This document shows, in pieces, positions 32,469 to 42,486 of a stretch of 64,000 bases of DNA. A program made the position numbers and the translations under genes. Position 1 is the first letter of the stretch, and every line of letters starts with the position of its first letter. The stretch spans positions 310,001-374,000 of the forward strand of contig OZ025738.1 in NCBI GenBank assembly GCA_964019335.1. The letters run 5' to 3'. This DNA comes from Diplonema japonicum. Its lineage: Eukaryota; Protista; Euglenozoa: Diplonemea. The notes beneath the pieces are model-generated. The model was not told the origin of the DNA and ran no database searches. It saw nothing but the letters and a program-made list of their open reading frames with translations.

Positions 32469-32678
32469 CTTTTGTGGCCCCCCCACCCCCCCCGCGTGGC
32501 GTTGCCTTTCTTTTTGAGAATAAAAAAAAAAAAGAAAGAAAAAATCAGGAAAGGAAAAAGAAAAAAAGAAAAAGCCTGTTTTTGTTGACATTTCCTTAAC
32601 AGAAAATACCCCACGGGCCATCGCTGTTAAACATGCGGGCAAATGTGTCAAAAAAGCAGGTATTAATTGAATAAAGCG

Positions 32679-33773
32679 CTATTGTGAAGCCTCGAGCAGC
32701 GCGGCGACGGCGAAGTGTTTCCTCCTCCTTGCAACCCCGGCTGGCGTCACCCCGCTTGCGTTCTCGATGCTGCGGTCGGCACCGTGCCGCAGCATCAGCA
32801 ACACAACATCCCTGTGCCCGTTCTTGCAGGCGTGTGTGCAGCGGTGTCCCCCCTGTTATGTTCATGTCACGCAGGTCAGGGTCAGCCTTGTTCTCGAGGA
32901 GATACTGCACAGCTGCCACGCAGCCCCTCCCTGCAGCGAGATGCAGAGCCGTGTTGCCGTAGCAATCAGAGATGTTTGGGTCGGCATGGTGCTGAAAAAG
33001 CAGCCTCATGGTTTCCAAACGGAACTCACCAACAACTGTACTGTGCAGTGCCGTCTGGCGTTGTAAGCTTGTTTTAGCGTTCGGGTCAGCATGGTGTTCA
33101 AGCAGCACGCGTAGAATGCCTTCTTTCCCGTGGTTCGCAGCAGTGCAGCGGGGTATCCCCACTACCGTCGACGGTGTTGACGTCCGCCCCATACTTCAGC
33201 ATAACCCGAACGAGATCCTCATTATCACCAGCAGCCATGTGTAATGCGGTCGTTCCTAGAATCTCTGTGTTGGCGTCAGCAAGTTCTCTTGCGAGTATCT
33301 CATCAATACATGTTGTGAAGCCACACTGGGTTGCAAGTAGTAGGGCGTGCGTCATAGTTTGACGGTCAGCATGGATACCCGCGATGCACATGGCTTCTAG
33401 AATCTCTTCGGTCTGGTTGCGGGTCGTCTCCTCGATGTTTCGCATTGAGAATATTACATCCTCTATCCCCAACCCCTCTGCTCTAAGGTCGCGTAGCTTC
33501 TGTAGAGCCTTGTGCTTCTCGCTCATTGTCACGTGGATCTCGCTGCCGTCCTCGAAGGGCAGGTCGGTGAGCTTCTGCTCCCCGTCGCCGTGGCCTATTC
33601 TCTTCACCCTCAAACTGCAGTGTGATGGTGTCTACGGCGAAGCACGATGCCTCTGCTATCCGTGTTTTGAGCGTCCTGGTGCTTTCGCTCCCTTCCACCT
33701 CTAGCGGTAGTGACGTCCCCGAGGGCAGAACGGCGTGCACGGTGACCGACGGTACCTTACGCTTCTGGGTCAT
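32679..33773 (-). pseudogene. Ubiquitin-like domain + ankyrin-repeat gene with three frameshifts
   Basis: MTQKRKVPSVTVHAV.. Ubl domain. Ankyrin motifs GTTALHMAA, GDTPLH, QTALH, GNTALHLAA, GGTPLH are spread over four frame segments, with shifts near 33598, 33140 and 32833. Confidence 0.8.
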
Positions 33774-33999
33774 GGTTTTTTTTTTTTTTTTTTTTTTTGT
33801 GTTAATGCTGGTTTTTTTTTTTTTGAAAGGAGGATATGGCATCGTTTCAAACCCCCCCCCCCCCCCCAAAAAATGAGGCCAATTGACACTTTCAATATTT
33901 CTCTAAGTACTTTTTCCCAAAAAAAAAAAAATTCTACAACTTTCCCGGCCCAGATTAGGAAAGAAAACACCCCAGAAAATGGGAAAGTGAGTGTTACTG

Positions 34000-35275
34000 G
34001 TACCCAGAAAATTCAGTCCTAGGGGCAAAAATGGGCTTTTTCACTTTGCACAAATTCAGTAAAAGAGGGGGTGACAAAAATGGATGCTTTTAAACTTGCT
34101 GTTGAGAAGCTAGGGGTAAAAAAAAATGGTATTCGGACCGAGAAAGGGTAAATGGGAACACCACGGTGATCAGGACACTCGCCACAGAGGTTTTTGAGAA
34201 GCTCAGTGGCAACGACTGTGCTGCACTAGTTTGTGGCGTAGTGTGTAAAGGGGAACTTCTAGCGGCACTTCTGCTATCATTTTCTGGTTGATTTAGTAGC
34301 CAACAAGACACCACACGGCGCCAATTGGTCAGAGGCATGAGGCTTGACCACATCACACATGATGAAATAAGGGCAGCTGGCCTTACTGTTGGAAAAGTCT
34401 TGTTCCACAGTAGCATGGGCACAGAAAAAAATAAAGAAAAAAATGGAGTGGATACTCTGGACTGACGGTGGGCGTCACTTTCGTGCAAAGGAATTTTGCT
34501 ACTTTGTTCTTTTTGGTCTTCGTTATGTATATCCCGATCGGACGTTTTCCCTGTGGTTTCTGGGGGAGAAACACGGCAAAAACAACAGGGACAGCCACTT
34601 TGGTGTGCTCTCTCGTGTTTTTTGGTTTTGGGTGCCTCGTTCCACAACAATTAAAACTGTGGAACAAATAGGTAACATCACCAATACGATACGGTGCGCC
34701 ATGCATGTAGTTACTGATGTCTTTGGCCCGTACAAAAAGAAAATTCTTGAGTTTCCGGATTTTACAGGTGCATATGAGCTCAGGAGCACACCGGAGGGTG
34801 TATTTGCTACGTGTGCGTCCACGAGCTAGAAAGAACTAAAGTACATCATCAAAGAACTCGCTGCAGACAGGGCAGAGAAAAGGCCCCCAGTCTATGAATC
34901 TTGTGATGAGTATGAGGACGTTCCTGATAGCCTTCCCGGACTTGAAAAACGAGAAAGAATAGTAACCAAATTACAAAAATACTCGACACCCCATGACAAG
35001 CCCAAAGCACCAAGTACACCTACGAATGAGCCTCTTAAAACCCCCCAAAATGCGGTAGAAGGCCTAATAGTATGAAAAAGAAATGAGGTCGCCCACTCAG
35101 CAGCAGCACATCTCAGCCGCAGAAGACTAGGAAATGAAGGTTTCCACTTCCAACATCATTTCAGCCACCTTCTAGTAGTGAGTTCCGCTATTTCTTGCTA
35201 TTGAAAGCATACTCTCTGACTTTACCAAAACCACTAAAACCCGATTTTGACCCTAAAACTGAATTTTTTGCAAAA
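34000..35275 (+). mobile_element. Decayed DNA transposon with DDD/E transposase relic (Sola-like)
   Basis: WTDGGRHFR...FLGEKHGKNNRDSHFG in 34389-34829 matches a W.D...(H/Q)F + HGK...D pattern. Imperfect inverted repeats at ~34005-34036 and ~35241-35272. Confidence 0.6.
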
Positions 35276-35599
35276 AAAAAAAAAAAAAAAAAAAAAGAGA
35301 GAGAGAGAGAGAGAAGTAATATAAAAAGAGAGAAGAATAAAAGAAGAAATAATATATCGGCCGCCTGGGTTAGTTTTTTTTTTTCCTCTTTTTTATTTTT
35401 AAGCGGTATTTTTTTTTTTTCCTTTCTTCCTTTTTTTTTTTTCCAAAATGCAATTGCACATTCAAGAAGGTGCAAAAAAAAAAAAAAAAGAAAATAACAA
35501 CAAGAGTTTCTTTTTTTTTTAAAAAAAATTTAAAAAAAAGTTTTTTTTAAAAAAAAAAAGAAAAAAAAATTAAAATTTTCTTTTTTTTTTTTGCTTTCT

Positions 35600-36841
35600 T
35601 TAGACAACACAACACACACACCCTCTGGGCACGCTTCGCTCAGTCTCTGGGACCGGAGTCTGATGCAAGAACTCACCACCCACTTCTGCCCCGCGCAGAG
35701 GAGTCAGGTTGACAGCACTGATCGAGGTCCCCTTCAAGAACGCATCACCCACAGAGCGCGCACCTCTAAGTGGAGCGAGGTCAATAGTTAAAAGAGACCT
35801 GCAGCCTCTTAAAAACTCATTTCCGATAACACAACTGCTCTGCACGGGCATAAGGTCAACAGAAACTAACGCACTGCAGTCGCTCAAGAACCCCTCGCCT
35901 ACCAATGTAACACGGCGAAAAGGTTTTAGATTAACAGCTCCAAGTGCCGTACATCCCCCGAGGAAGGACTTCCCGACAGAAGAAACACGACGCATCGCCG
36001 TGAGATCGATGGAGGACAGAGCTCTACAGTCTTTTAAAAAACCCGCGTGGATGTTTCTGATACCAGCAAGGGGCGTTAGATCAATGGTTGTGAGGGATGG
36101 GTTCTCAGATAGAAACATTTCGCCGACACTCGTGAGGCCTCGAGGCAGCGTGGCGGTGGTTAAAGAGCTACACCGTGACAGGAAGAAATCATCGATAACA
36201 GTAGTACTTGTCAACGGGGAGAGATCCACATCGGTGAGCGCATCGCAACCATTTAGAAACCGCCATCCAAGCGCAAGAACGCCACTGAACGAGGACAGAT
36301 CAATTGACGTTAAATATCGGGAGTTGGATAGGAAATTGTCTCCAATGGACGTAACGTGCCGTAGCCCTGTAAAATCCACCGATGTCAGTGAACTATTCCG
36401 TAGAAATTCATCGCCAAGAGCGGTTACTCTGAAATCCGGGTCTTCGAGTTTTAGATGTTGCAGACCCTTGGGAAGATCGCTCCCGGACAGTTGTAGTACT
36501 CCACCTTCAACGCCCCACATATCCGCGATCAACACGATTCCCGGTTCGCCCTGCCGTTCGATTTCCTCCCTCCTTGCCCACAGTTCTTTCACGGTTACGG
36601 ACACTGTTTGGTTGGTGTCGTATCGAAGCAGCACCTCGCATTCGTTTAAAAGCCCGCTTTCACTCACAATAATCTTGTCAGAACACTCCAGTACATCTCC
36701 CTCGTAGTGTAGTTCAAAAGTGTCAGCTCCTACCTCAATCGGTTCAGCTGCTTTTTTATACAAAATCTGTAGTGTGTCGTCTCCTGTTACTTCTACACCG
36801 TGAACTCCAGAAGGTGCCCTTATGGTCACCACAATGCTCAT
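35600..36841 (-). CDS. Ubiquitin-like domain + ~11 BspA-type LRRs with C-terminal CaaX, 413 aa
   Basis: Start MSIVVTIRAP; Ubl pattern (FELHYEGDVL...SGLLNECEV); repeats VTSIGDNFLSNSRYLTSIDLS etc.; ends GCVCCVV*. Confidence 0.88.
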   Translation of the reverse strand: MSIVVTIRAPSGVHGVEVTGDDTLQILYKKAAEPIEVGADTFELHYEGDVLECSDKIIVSESGLLNECEVLLRYDTNQTVSVTVKELWARREEIERQGEPGIVLIADMWGVEGGVLQLSGSDLPKGLQHLKLEDPDFRVTALGDEFLRNSSLTSVDFTGLRHVTSIGDNFLSNSRYLTSIDLSSFSGVLALGWRFLNGCDALTDVDLSPLTSTTVIDDFFLSRCSSLTTATLPRGLTSVGEMFLSENPSLTTIDLTPLAGIRNIHAGFLKDCRALSSIDLTAMRRVSSVGKSFLGGCTALGAVNLKPFRRVTLVGEGFLSDCSALVSVDLMPVQSSCVIGNEFLRGCRSLLTIDLAPLRGARSVGDAFLKGTSISAVNLTPLRGAEVGGEFLHQTPVPETERSVPRGCVCCVV

Positions 36842-36930
36842 CGTGCAGAAACAGTCCTGTGAGGGAGGGGGGTGGCGCGAGTGGTAGAGAAACGAAAAAA
36901 AAAAAAAGAAAAAAAAACCGCCCATGCGCA

Positions 36931-36972
<42 letters not shown>

Positions 36973-37081
36973 ACTGGCCGTTGTTTTGTACGTGCCGAGT
37001 AAAACCTGGAGAAAAGTTTGTCAACCCGAAACACGTTGCCAACGTTCCCCTTTTGTTTAGACTAGTCAAAGACTCGTTCTT

Positions 37082-37118
<37 letters not shown>

Positions 37119-37120
37119 AA

Positions 37121-38010
37121 AGGGAAAAGTTAGTTTGGGGAGAGAGGGGAACCTTTTTTTCTTTTTTTGGTTAGTATTCCAAGTTCTTCTTTTTTTGTTT
37201 TAACAATATTATTGTCGAGACTAAAAACTACTTGATGGCAGCGTAATGAGCTATTTTATTAGGTAAAATTCCGCTCGTGCGCACAAACAAACAGACAAAA
37301 AAAAAAAAGAAATTGCTGTAATGAGCAGGTAACTGAAATGTTTAAATGGGAAAAATAAAAAAGGTTAAAAATGTTTAAGGGCAAATCCCACTTAAAGCTC
37401 CCTTTTTTTTCGCTTTCGTTCCGAAAAAAAAAAAGATATTTTTAAACAAACATTATCGAGACTTAAAAAACTAATTGATGGCAGCGTAATGAGCTCAGTT
37501 ACTAGGTAACTGAAATGGTTTTTTTTTTTTTTTTTTCTTTTTTTTTTTCTTCTTTTTTTTAAATCCGCAAATCGGGTATGGAAAAAAAAAAAAAAGAAAA
37601 AGAAGTAAAAATACCGCTCGTGCGCACAAAAAACAAATAAATTTCTTATCAGGTCATCGAGGGGAAAGTTAGTTTGGGGAGAGAGGGGATCATTTCTTTT
37701 TTTAAAAAAAAAGGGGGGGGGGAAAAAAACTGCTTGATGGGCAGCGTAATGAGCTATTTTATGGTAACTGAAATGCATAATGGGAAAAAAAAAAAAAAAT
37801 ATCGCTTTCGTTCCGAGAAAAAATATACTAGGTTAGATGACGCTGCGCACTAAACAAACAACTCTTTATCATGTCATCGGGGTGGGGAAAAGCTAGTTTT
37901 TTTGGAGGGGGGGGGGGAAGGATCATTTAGTTATTCTTTCTTCTTTATAAAAAACTGATTGTTGGCAGCGTAATGAGCAATATTACCCTGGTAACTGAAC
38001 TAGGTAAATA
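37121..38010. repeat. Degenerate tandem array of conserved boxes in A/T-run spacers (~4 modules; outlier at ~38560-38655)
   Basis: TG(A/T)TGGCAGCGTAATGAGC x4, GGTAACTGAA x4, CCGCTCGTGCGCACAAA x2-3, GGGAAA(A)GTTAGTTTGGGGAGAGAGGGG x2-4, TCGCTTTCGTTCCGA x2. Confidence 0.75.
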
Positions 38011-38017
38011 TATGTTT

Positions 38018-38055
<38 letters not shown>

Positions 38056-38405
38056 CCACTAAACTTAAGAAATTCAAAAAGGTGTAAATCAGGGAAAAAG
38101 TGACAAGGAATACTTGACTCCAAAAGGGGGGCATCACCGTGATCTTCAGGAGCAACCGATAGGAACCGGACGCAAGCTAAATCTGCGCTAGAACAGTGTT
38201 TTTATGCATTTTTTTTTTTTGTGGCATTTTAGTATTTATTTTCCACCTTTTCTTTTTTGCTTCTTTTTTCCCAGAGGCCTGAATGTCTCCATAAAAAGAA
38301 CACTTTGTATGGTTAAATGTTGCCATTTTTTTTCTTTTTTTTTGAATTTCTTTTTTTTAGGAAATTGACTTTTTCTTTTTCGGTTAGCCAGTGGGGCTTT
38401 AGTGG
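38056..38405. mobile_element. piggyBac-type MITE, 350 bp, TTAA target duplication
   Basis: TTAA|CCACTAAA ... TTTAGTGG|TTAA, plus an internal inverted pair AAGAAATTCAAAAA / TTTTTGAATTTCTT. Confidence 0.8.
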
Positions 38406-38657
38406 TTAATGAAAAAAAAAAAAAAAAAAAGAGATGAGATAAAGGAGGTTCTTGTCTTGGAACGTCCCCCTTGTCTCTACTTATCTATCCCTTTCTCCCT
38501 TCTGGGGCCTCGGCCTTTCTTTCTTTTTTGGCTGTGTTGCCTAAAAAGTAGTTTAAAAAAAATACCGCTCATGCTCACATGACAAACAATTTCTTATCAT
38601 GTTTATCGGGGGGGGGGGGGGGGGGGGAGTTAGTTTTCCTTGGAGGGGGAGTGGGGG

Positions 38658-40944
38658 CTATACTATACACCGCAGCCACTTCCAAGTCTGCCAACCTTTT
38701 TTCGAACGAAACCTTTTTCTATTCCAGTTCCCTGCTTTGCAGTTTCCTTGGTGGCTGATAACTTGCTTGGCGTGTAGGTATGCTTTGCCAAATGCATTGG
38801 TCGTTGACCCGCACTTAACGCAGGACAGTGTGGAGGTGGTTGTAGCCTGTCGTGTCCTGACCTTCCCGTCGTAGCCTCTAGCCCTGCGGCTTCGTGGTTT
38901 CGTGACGCTTGGTTTGTTACGGCAGTGCCTTTCGTGCCATCGCATTCTCTTCGTGTTAAGGAGTACACCGTTCACATTTGTGTTCGTTCCACAGTACATG
39001 CATCTCGGGCCGCTCATTTTCTTGGTGCCGCCGCTTGTGGTGCTGGAGGTGTAGTCGTCTGTGTCTGCCTCCTCTTCCGTACTGCTGTTGTAGTAGTCCT
39101 CACTATTGCTGCTTTCATAACTCTCACTGCATACACTCCCGCTGTTTTCATCGCTGTTGCTGTAGCTGGACCCGTTACTGTTCACCAGCCTCACCCCCTC
39201 TGGTAGGTTATTCCTCAAGAGCCAGGTAGATTCACTAGCGCTTCCCAAAACTACGGTTTCTAGATTTTCACACTCCGACAAAAAGCCCTGGCCGACGGTT
39301 TCAACATTGGACATCGAACTCAAGTCGATGGATTCTAATTCCTCGCACCCTGACATGAAGTCATTACCAATGTCAGTTACATCCGCCATCGCACTCAAGT
39401 CGATGGTTTCTAGTGCAGTACATTGTGACATGAAGTCATTACCAATGAAGCTAAGGTCCGACATCCAACTCAAGTCGATGGTTTCTAGTGCAGTACATTG
39501 TGACATGAAGTCATTACCAATGAAGCTAAGGTCCGACATCCAACTCAAGTCGATGGTTTCTAGTGCAGTACATTGTGACATGAAGTCATTACCAATGAAG
39601 CTAAGGTCCGACATCCAACTCAAGTCGATGGTTTCTAGTGCAGTACATTGTGACATGAAGTCATTACCAATGAAGCTAAGGTCCGACATCCAACTCAAGT
39701 CGATGGTTTCTAGTGCAGTACATTGTGACATGAAGTCATTACCAATGAAGCTAAGGTCCGACATCCAACTCAAGTCGATGGTTTCTAGTGCAGTACATTG
39801 TGACATGAAGTCATTACCAATGAAGCTAAGGTCCGACATCCAACTCAAGTCGATGGTTTCTAGTGCAGTACATTGTGACATGAAGTCATTACCAATGAAG
39901 CTAAGGTCCGACATCCAACTCAAGTCGATGGTTTCTAGTGCAGTACATTGTGACATGAAGTCATTACCAATGAAGCTAAGGTCCGACATCCAACTCAAGT
40001 CGATGGTTTCTAGTGCAGTACATTGTGACATGAAGTCATTACCAATGAAGCTAAGGTCCGACATCCAACTCAAGTCGATGGTTTCTAGTGCAGTACATTG
40101 TGACATGAAGTCATTACCAATGAAGCTAAGGTCCGACATCCAACTCAAGTCGATGGTTTCTAGTGCAGTACATTGTGACATGAAGTCATTACCAATGAAG
40201 CTAAGGTCCGACATCCAACTCAAGTCGATGGTTTCTAGTGCAGTACATTGTGACATGAAGTCATTACCAATGAAGCTAAGGTCCGACATCCAACTCAAGT
40301 CGATGGTTTCAAGTTTGTTGCACTGTGTCAGGAATTCATCGGAAATCAGAGAAAGATTGGTCATCGAAGTCAAGTCGATGGTTACTAGGTAGTTGCTCGC
40401 CCCCAAGAAGTAAGAACTAATGGAAGAAACATTGGGGAGGATGAGAGTGAGAGACATCAGGTAGCACCCATAAAGAAAGTCATCGTCTATACTTGTAACA
40501 CAACCTGTGGGGTCGGAGACAACGAGGGACCACAGCCCTTGAGGAAGGTCACTGCTCTCCATGGGACAAAACTTCAACATCCCCCACCTCCACTTCCAAA
40601 ATAAACTCTCTTCTGCACCGTAAGCTCAGAGCTGCCAGAAGCCCCTCAAGTTCCGTTCGGACTTCTGAGTTCTTTTCCTTCAGCTCCTTTAGCCTAACTG
40701 TTCTCTTATCCTCGGCCTCTGCCTCCGCATAGACCACGGAGCCCTCCACGAGCTCAAGTTGCTGAAGCTCTTCACCGCCGAACCTATCCAGGACCTCACC
40801 CTCCCAAACCAGTTTGAACCTGCCTAGGAGGATGCCAGCAGCGCACGCCGCCTTCTTGTACAGGCTCCCCACCGTCTCCTTCCCCGACACTTCCACATCG
40901 TGAGCCTCGCCTCCCGCATTCACAAACACCGTTATTTCGTCCAT
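38658..40944 (-). CDS. Ubiquitin-like + LRR (12 identical units) + Ser/acidic linker + two CxxC..HxxxC zinc fingers; one +1 frameshift near 40563 (pseudogene or sequence error)
   Basis: ORFs 40549-40986 (MDEITVFV.., ATG 40944) and 38658-40580 join as EVLS/MESSDLP, like the paralogue EVLSMSSSDLP. C-terminal CMYC..HERHC and CVKC..HQGNC. Confidence 0.8.
39393..40310. repeat. Perfect 75-bp coding tandem repeat, 12 units
   Basis: Unit ACTCAAGTCGATGGTTTCTAGTGCAGTACATTGTGACATGAAGTCATTACCAATGAAGCTAAGGTCCGACATCCA; each unit encodes one 25-aa LRR. Confidence 0.97.
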
Positions 40945-41076
40945 CTTTACGCCTATTTCTTTTGAATAACTGAGCCGTGTAAACAATCTTTTTAAAAACG
41001 GAAGGACTAATTTTCTTTTTGGAGATCAATGGAAAGAAATACAAAGAAGAAGAAGCAGAAGAAAAAAATATATGAG

Positions 41077-41392
41077 TTAAAGGAGGCCGGTGTTGGCGGC
41101 GCCCTGCACAAGAACTGTCTACTTGATTACAGGGGGCGCGCCGCGGCCGAGTTGTAGCTTCTTCTGCGTTCCGCGTCGTGTCCTTAATGCGTGCGGTGTA
41201 CAGCTCAACCCCAGCCGGTGCGTCCCGGGTAACCAAGATTCTGCGCTCGTGCAGTTTGCTGCCTGTTCGTCACCCTGAGCATCTGCATTATGTTCTTCCA
41301 CTCGGGCGCTACCGGTGATGACCGACGAGGAGGTCAACAGCGAACAACACATCTGATGTTTTTCTTATATTTTCATGTTATCCCCACCACCT
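41077..41392. repeat. Second copy of the ~300-bp dispersed repeat
   Basis: Similar to 29329-29635. Its left end AAAAATATATGAGTTAAAGGA also occurs at ~9587-9607. Confidence 0.85.
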
Positions 41393-41574
41393 AAAATATG
41401 TTGTAACCTGTGGCAACAGGTGGAGGGGGTCTGTGCTCTAATCGGTGGTGGTCGAGATTTTCGTGCCGAGCGTGTTCTTGCCGAGGAGTTCGCTCGGTGT
41501 TCTTCGCCTGTAGTTCTGCTGCTTTTATCACTGTTCGAGTGCCTTTTGCAGGTTTTTTGTGTGCAGGCGTGTCG

Positions 41575-41881
41575 CCACTTCTGAGTTCTTGTCCTTCAGA
41601 TCTTTCAGAACGGTTCTCATCTGCGCCTCTTCATGTCGATGGTTTCTACGTTGTCTTCCACCTCCACATGGACCACGGAGCCCTCCACGAGGGCAAGTTG
41701 CTGAACCTCCTCACCGCCGTTCTTGTCAAGGACCTCACCCTCCCATATCAGTTTGAACTTGCCCCGGTGTAAATCAGCAGCACACCCCGCCTTCTTGTAC
41801 AGGATCCCCACCGTCTCCTTCCCCGACTTCCACATCGTGAACCCCGCCTCCCGTCTTCACGAACACTGTCATATCGTTCAT
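41575..41881 (-). pseudogene. Truncated, frameshifted Ubl-LRR family member (Ubl domain only)
   Basis: MNDMTVFVKTGGGVHDVEV/GKETVGILYKKAGC...EGSVVHVE; similarity is lost after KDKNSEV. Confidence 0.85.
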
Positions 41882-41954
41882 CCCTTGTGTTTCTGAGTAT
41901 CATTTAATTTATATGCACCGTTCAAAAGAGAGATTTAAAGAAGAAAGACGGTGT

Positions 41955-41985
<31 letters not shown>

Positions 41986-42486
41986 GGGGGGGGGCGGGGG
42001 GGCGGGGGGGATCATGATGGTACACAACCCGACGTAACACATAAAAAAGAAGAGGTTTATTTTATAAAAAGAAAAGAAAAACGAGCATGTTTAGCATAAA
42101 AAGTAGAAAGGAGAAAAAAGAAAACGGTTTTGCAATCTTCAAGTGTCGGCCGGTGCCCAACGTCAAGCCGCATCGTTTCGCGCACACGAAGACCCGGCTT
42201 GAAGGTTAGCAAAAAGAAGAAAAAAAAAAAAAGAGACATTTAAGGGTACCTGCGGTATGTGGCAGGCAAGAAAAAGAAAACGAGAAAAAGGAAATACGTT
42301 TTTTTTTGCCACCAATAAAAAAAAGAAAAAAAGAAATAACACTTTGGGTGGCATGTTTTAAATACAGGAGGAGAGGAAATCAAGTACAAGGGGAAAAAAA
42401 GAGGGGGGGAGAAAGGGGAAAAAAAGGCCCCCCCCAAGGCTATGCTGGCATTTCCTTAAAATGCCAGCATAGTCTCTCCCCCCCCC

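Noticed and set aside
37475-37516. Box C/D snoRNA (TGATGG...CTGA)
   Set aside because: Imperfect box C, only ~35 nt between boxes, and antisense to the gene cluster.
39393-40310. CRISPR-like regular repeat
   Set aside because: No unique spacers; it is an in-frame 75-bp LRR-coding tandem repeat in a eukaryote.
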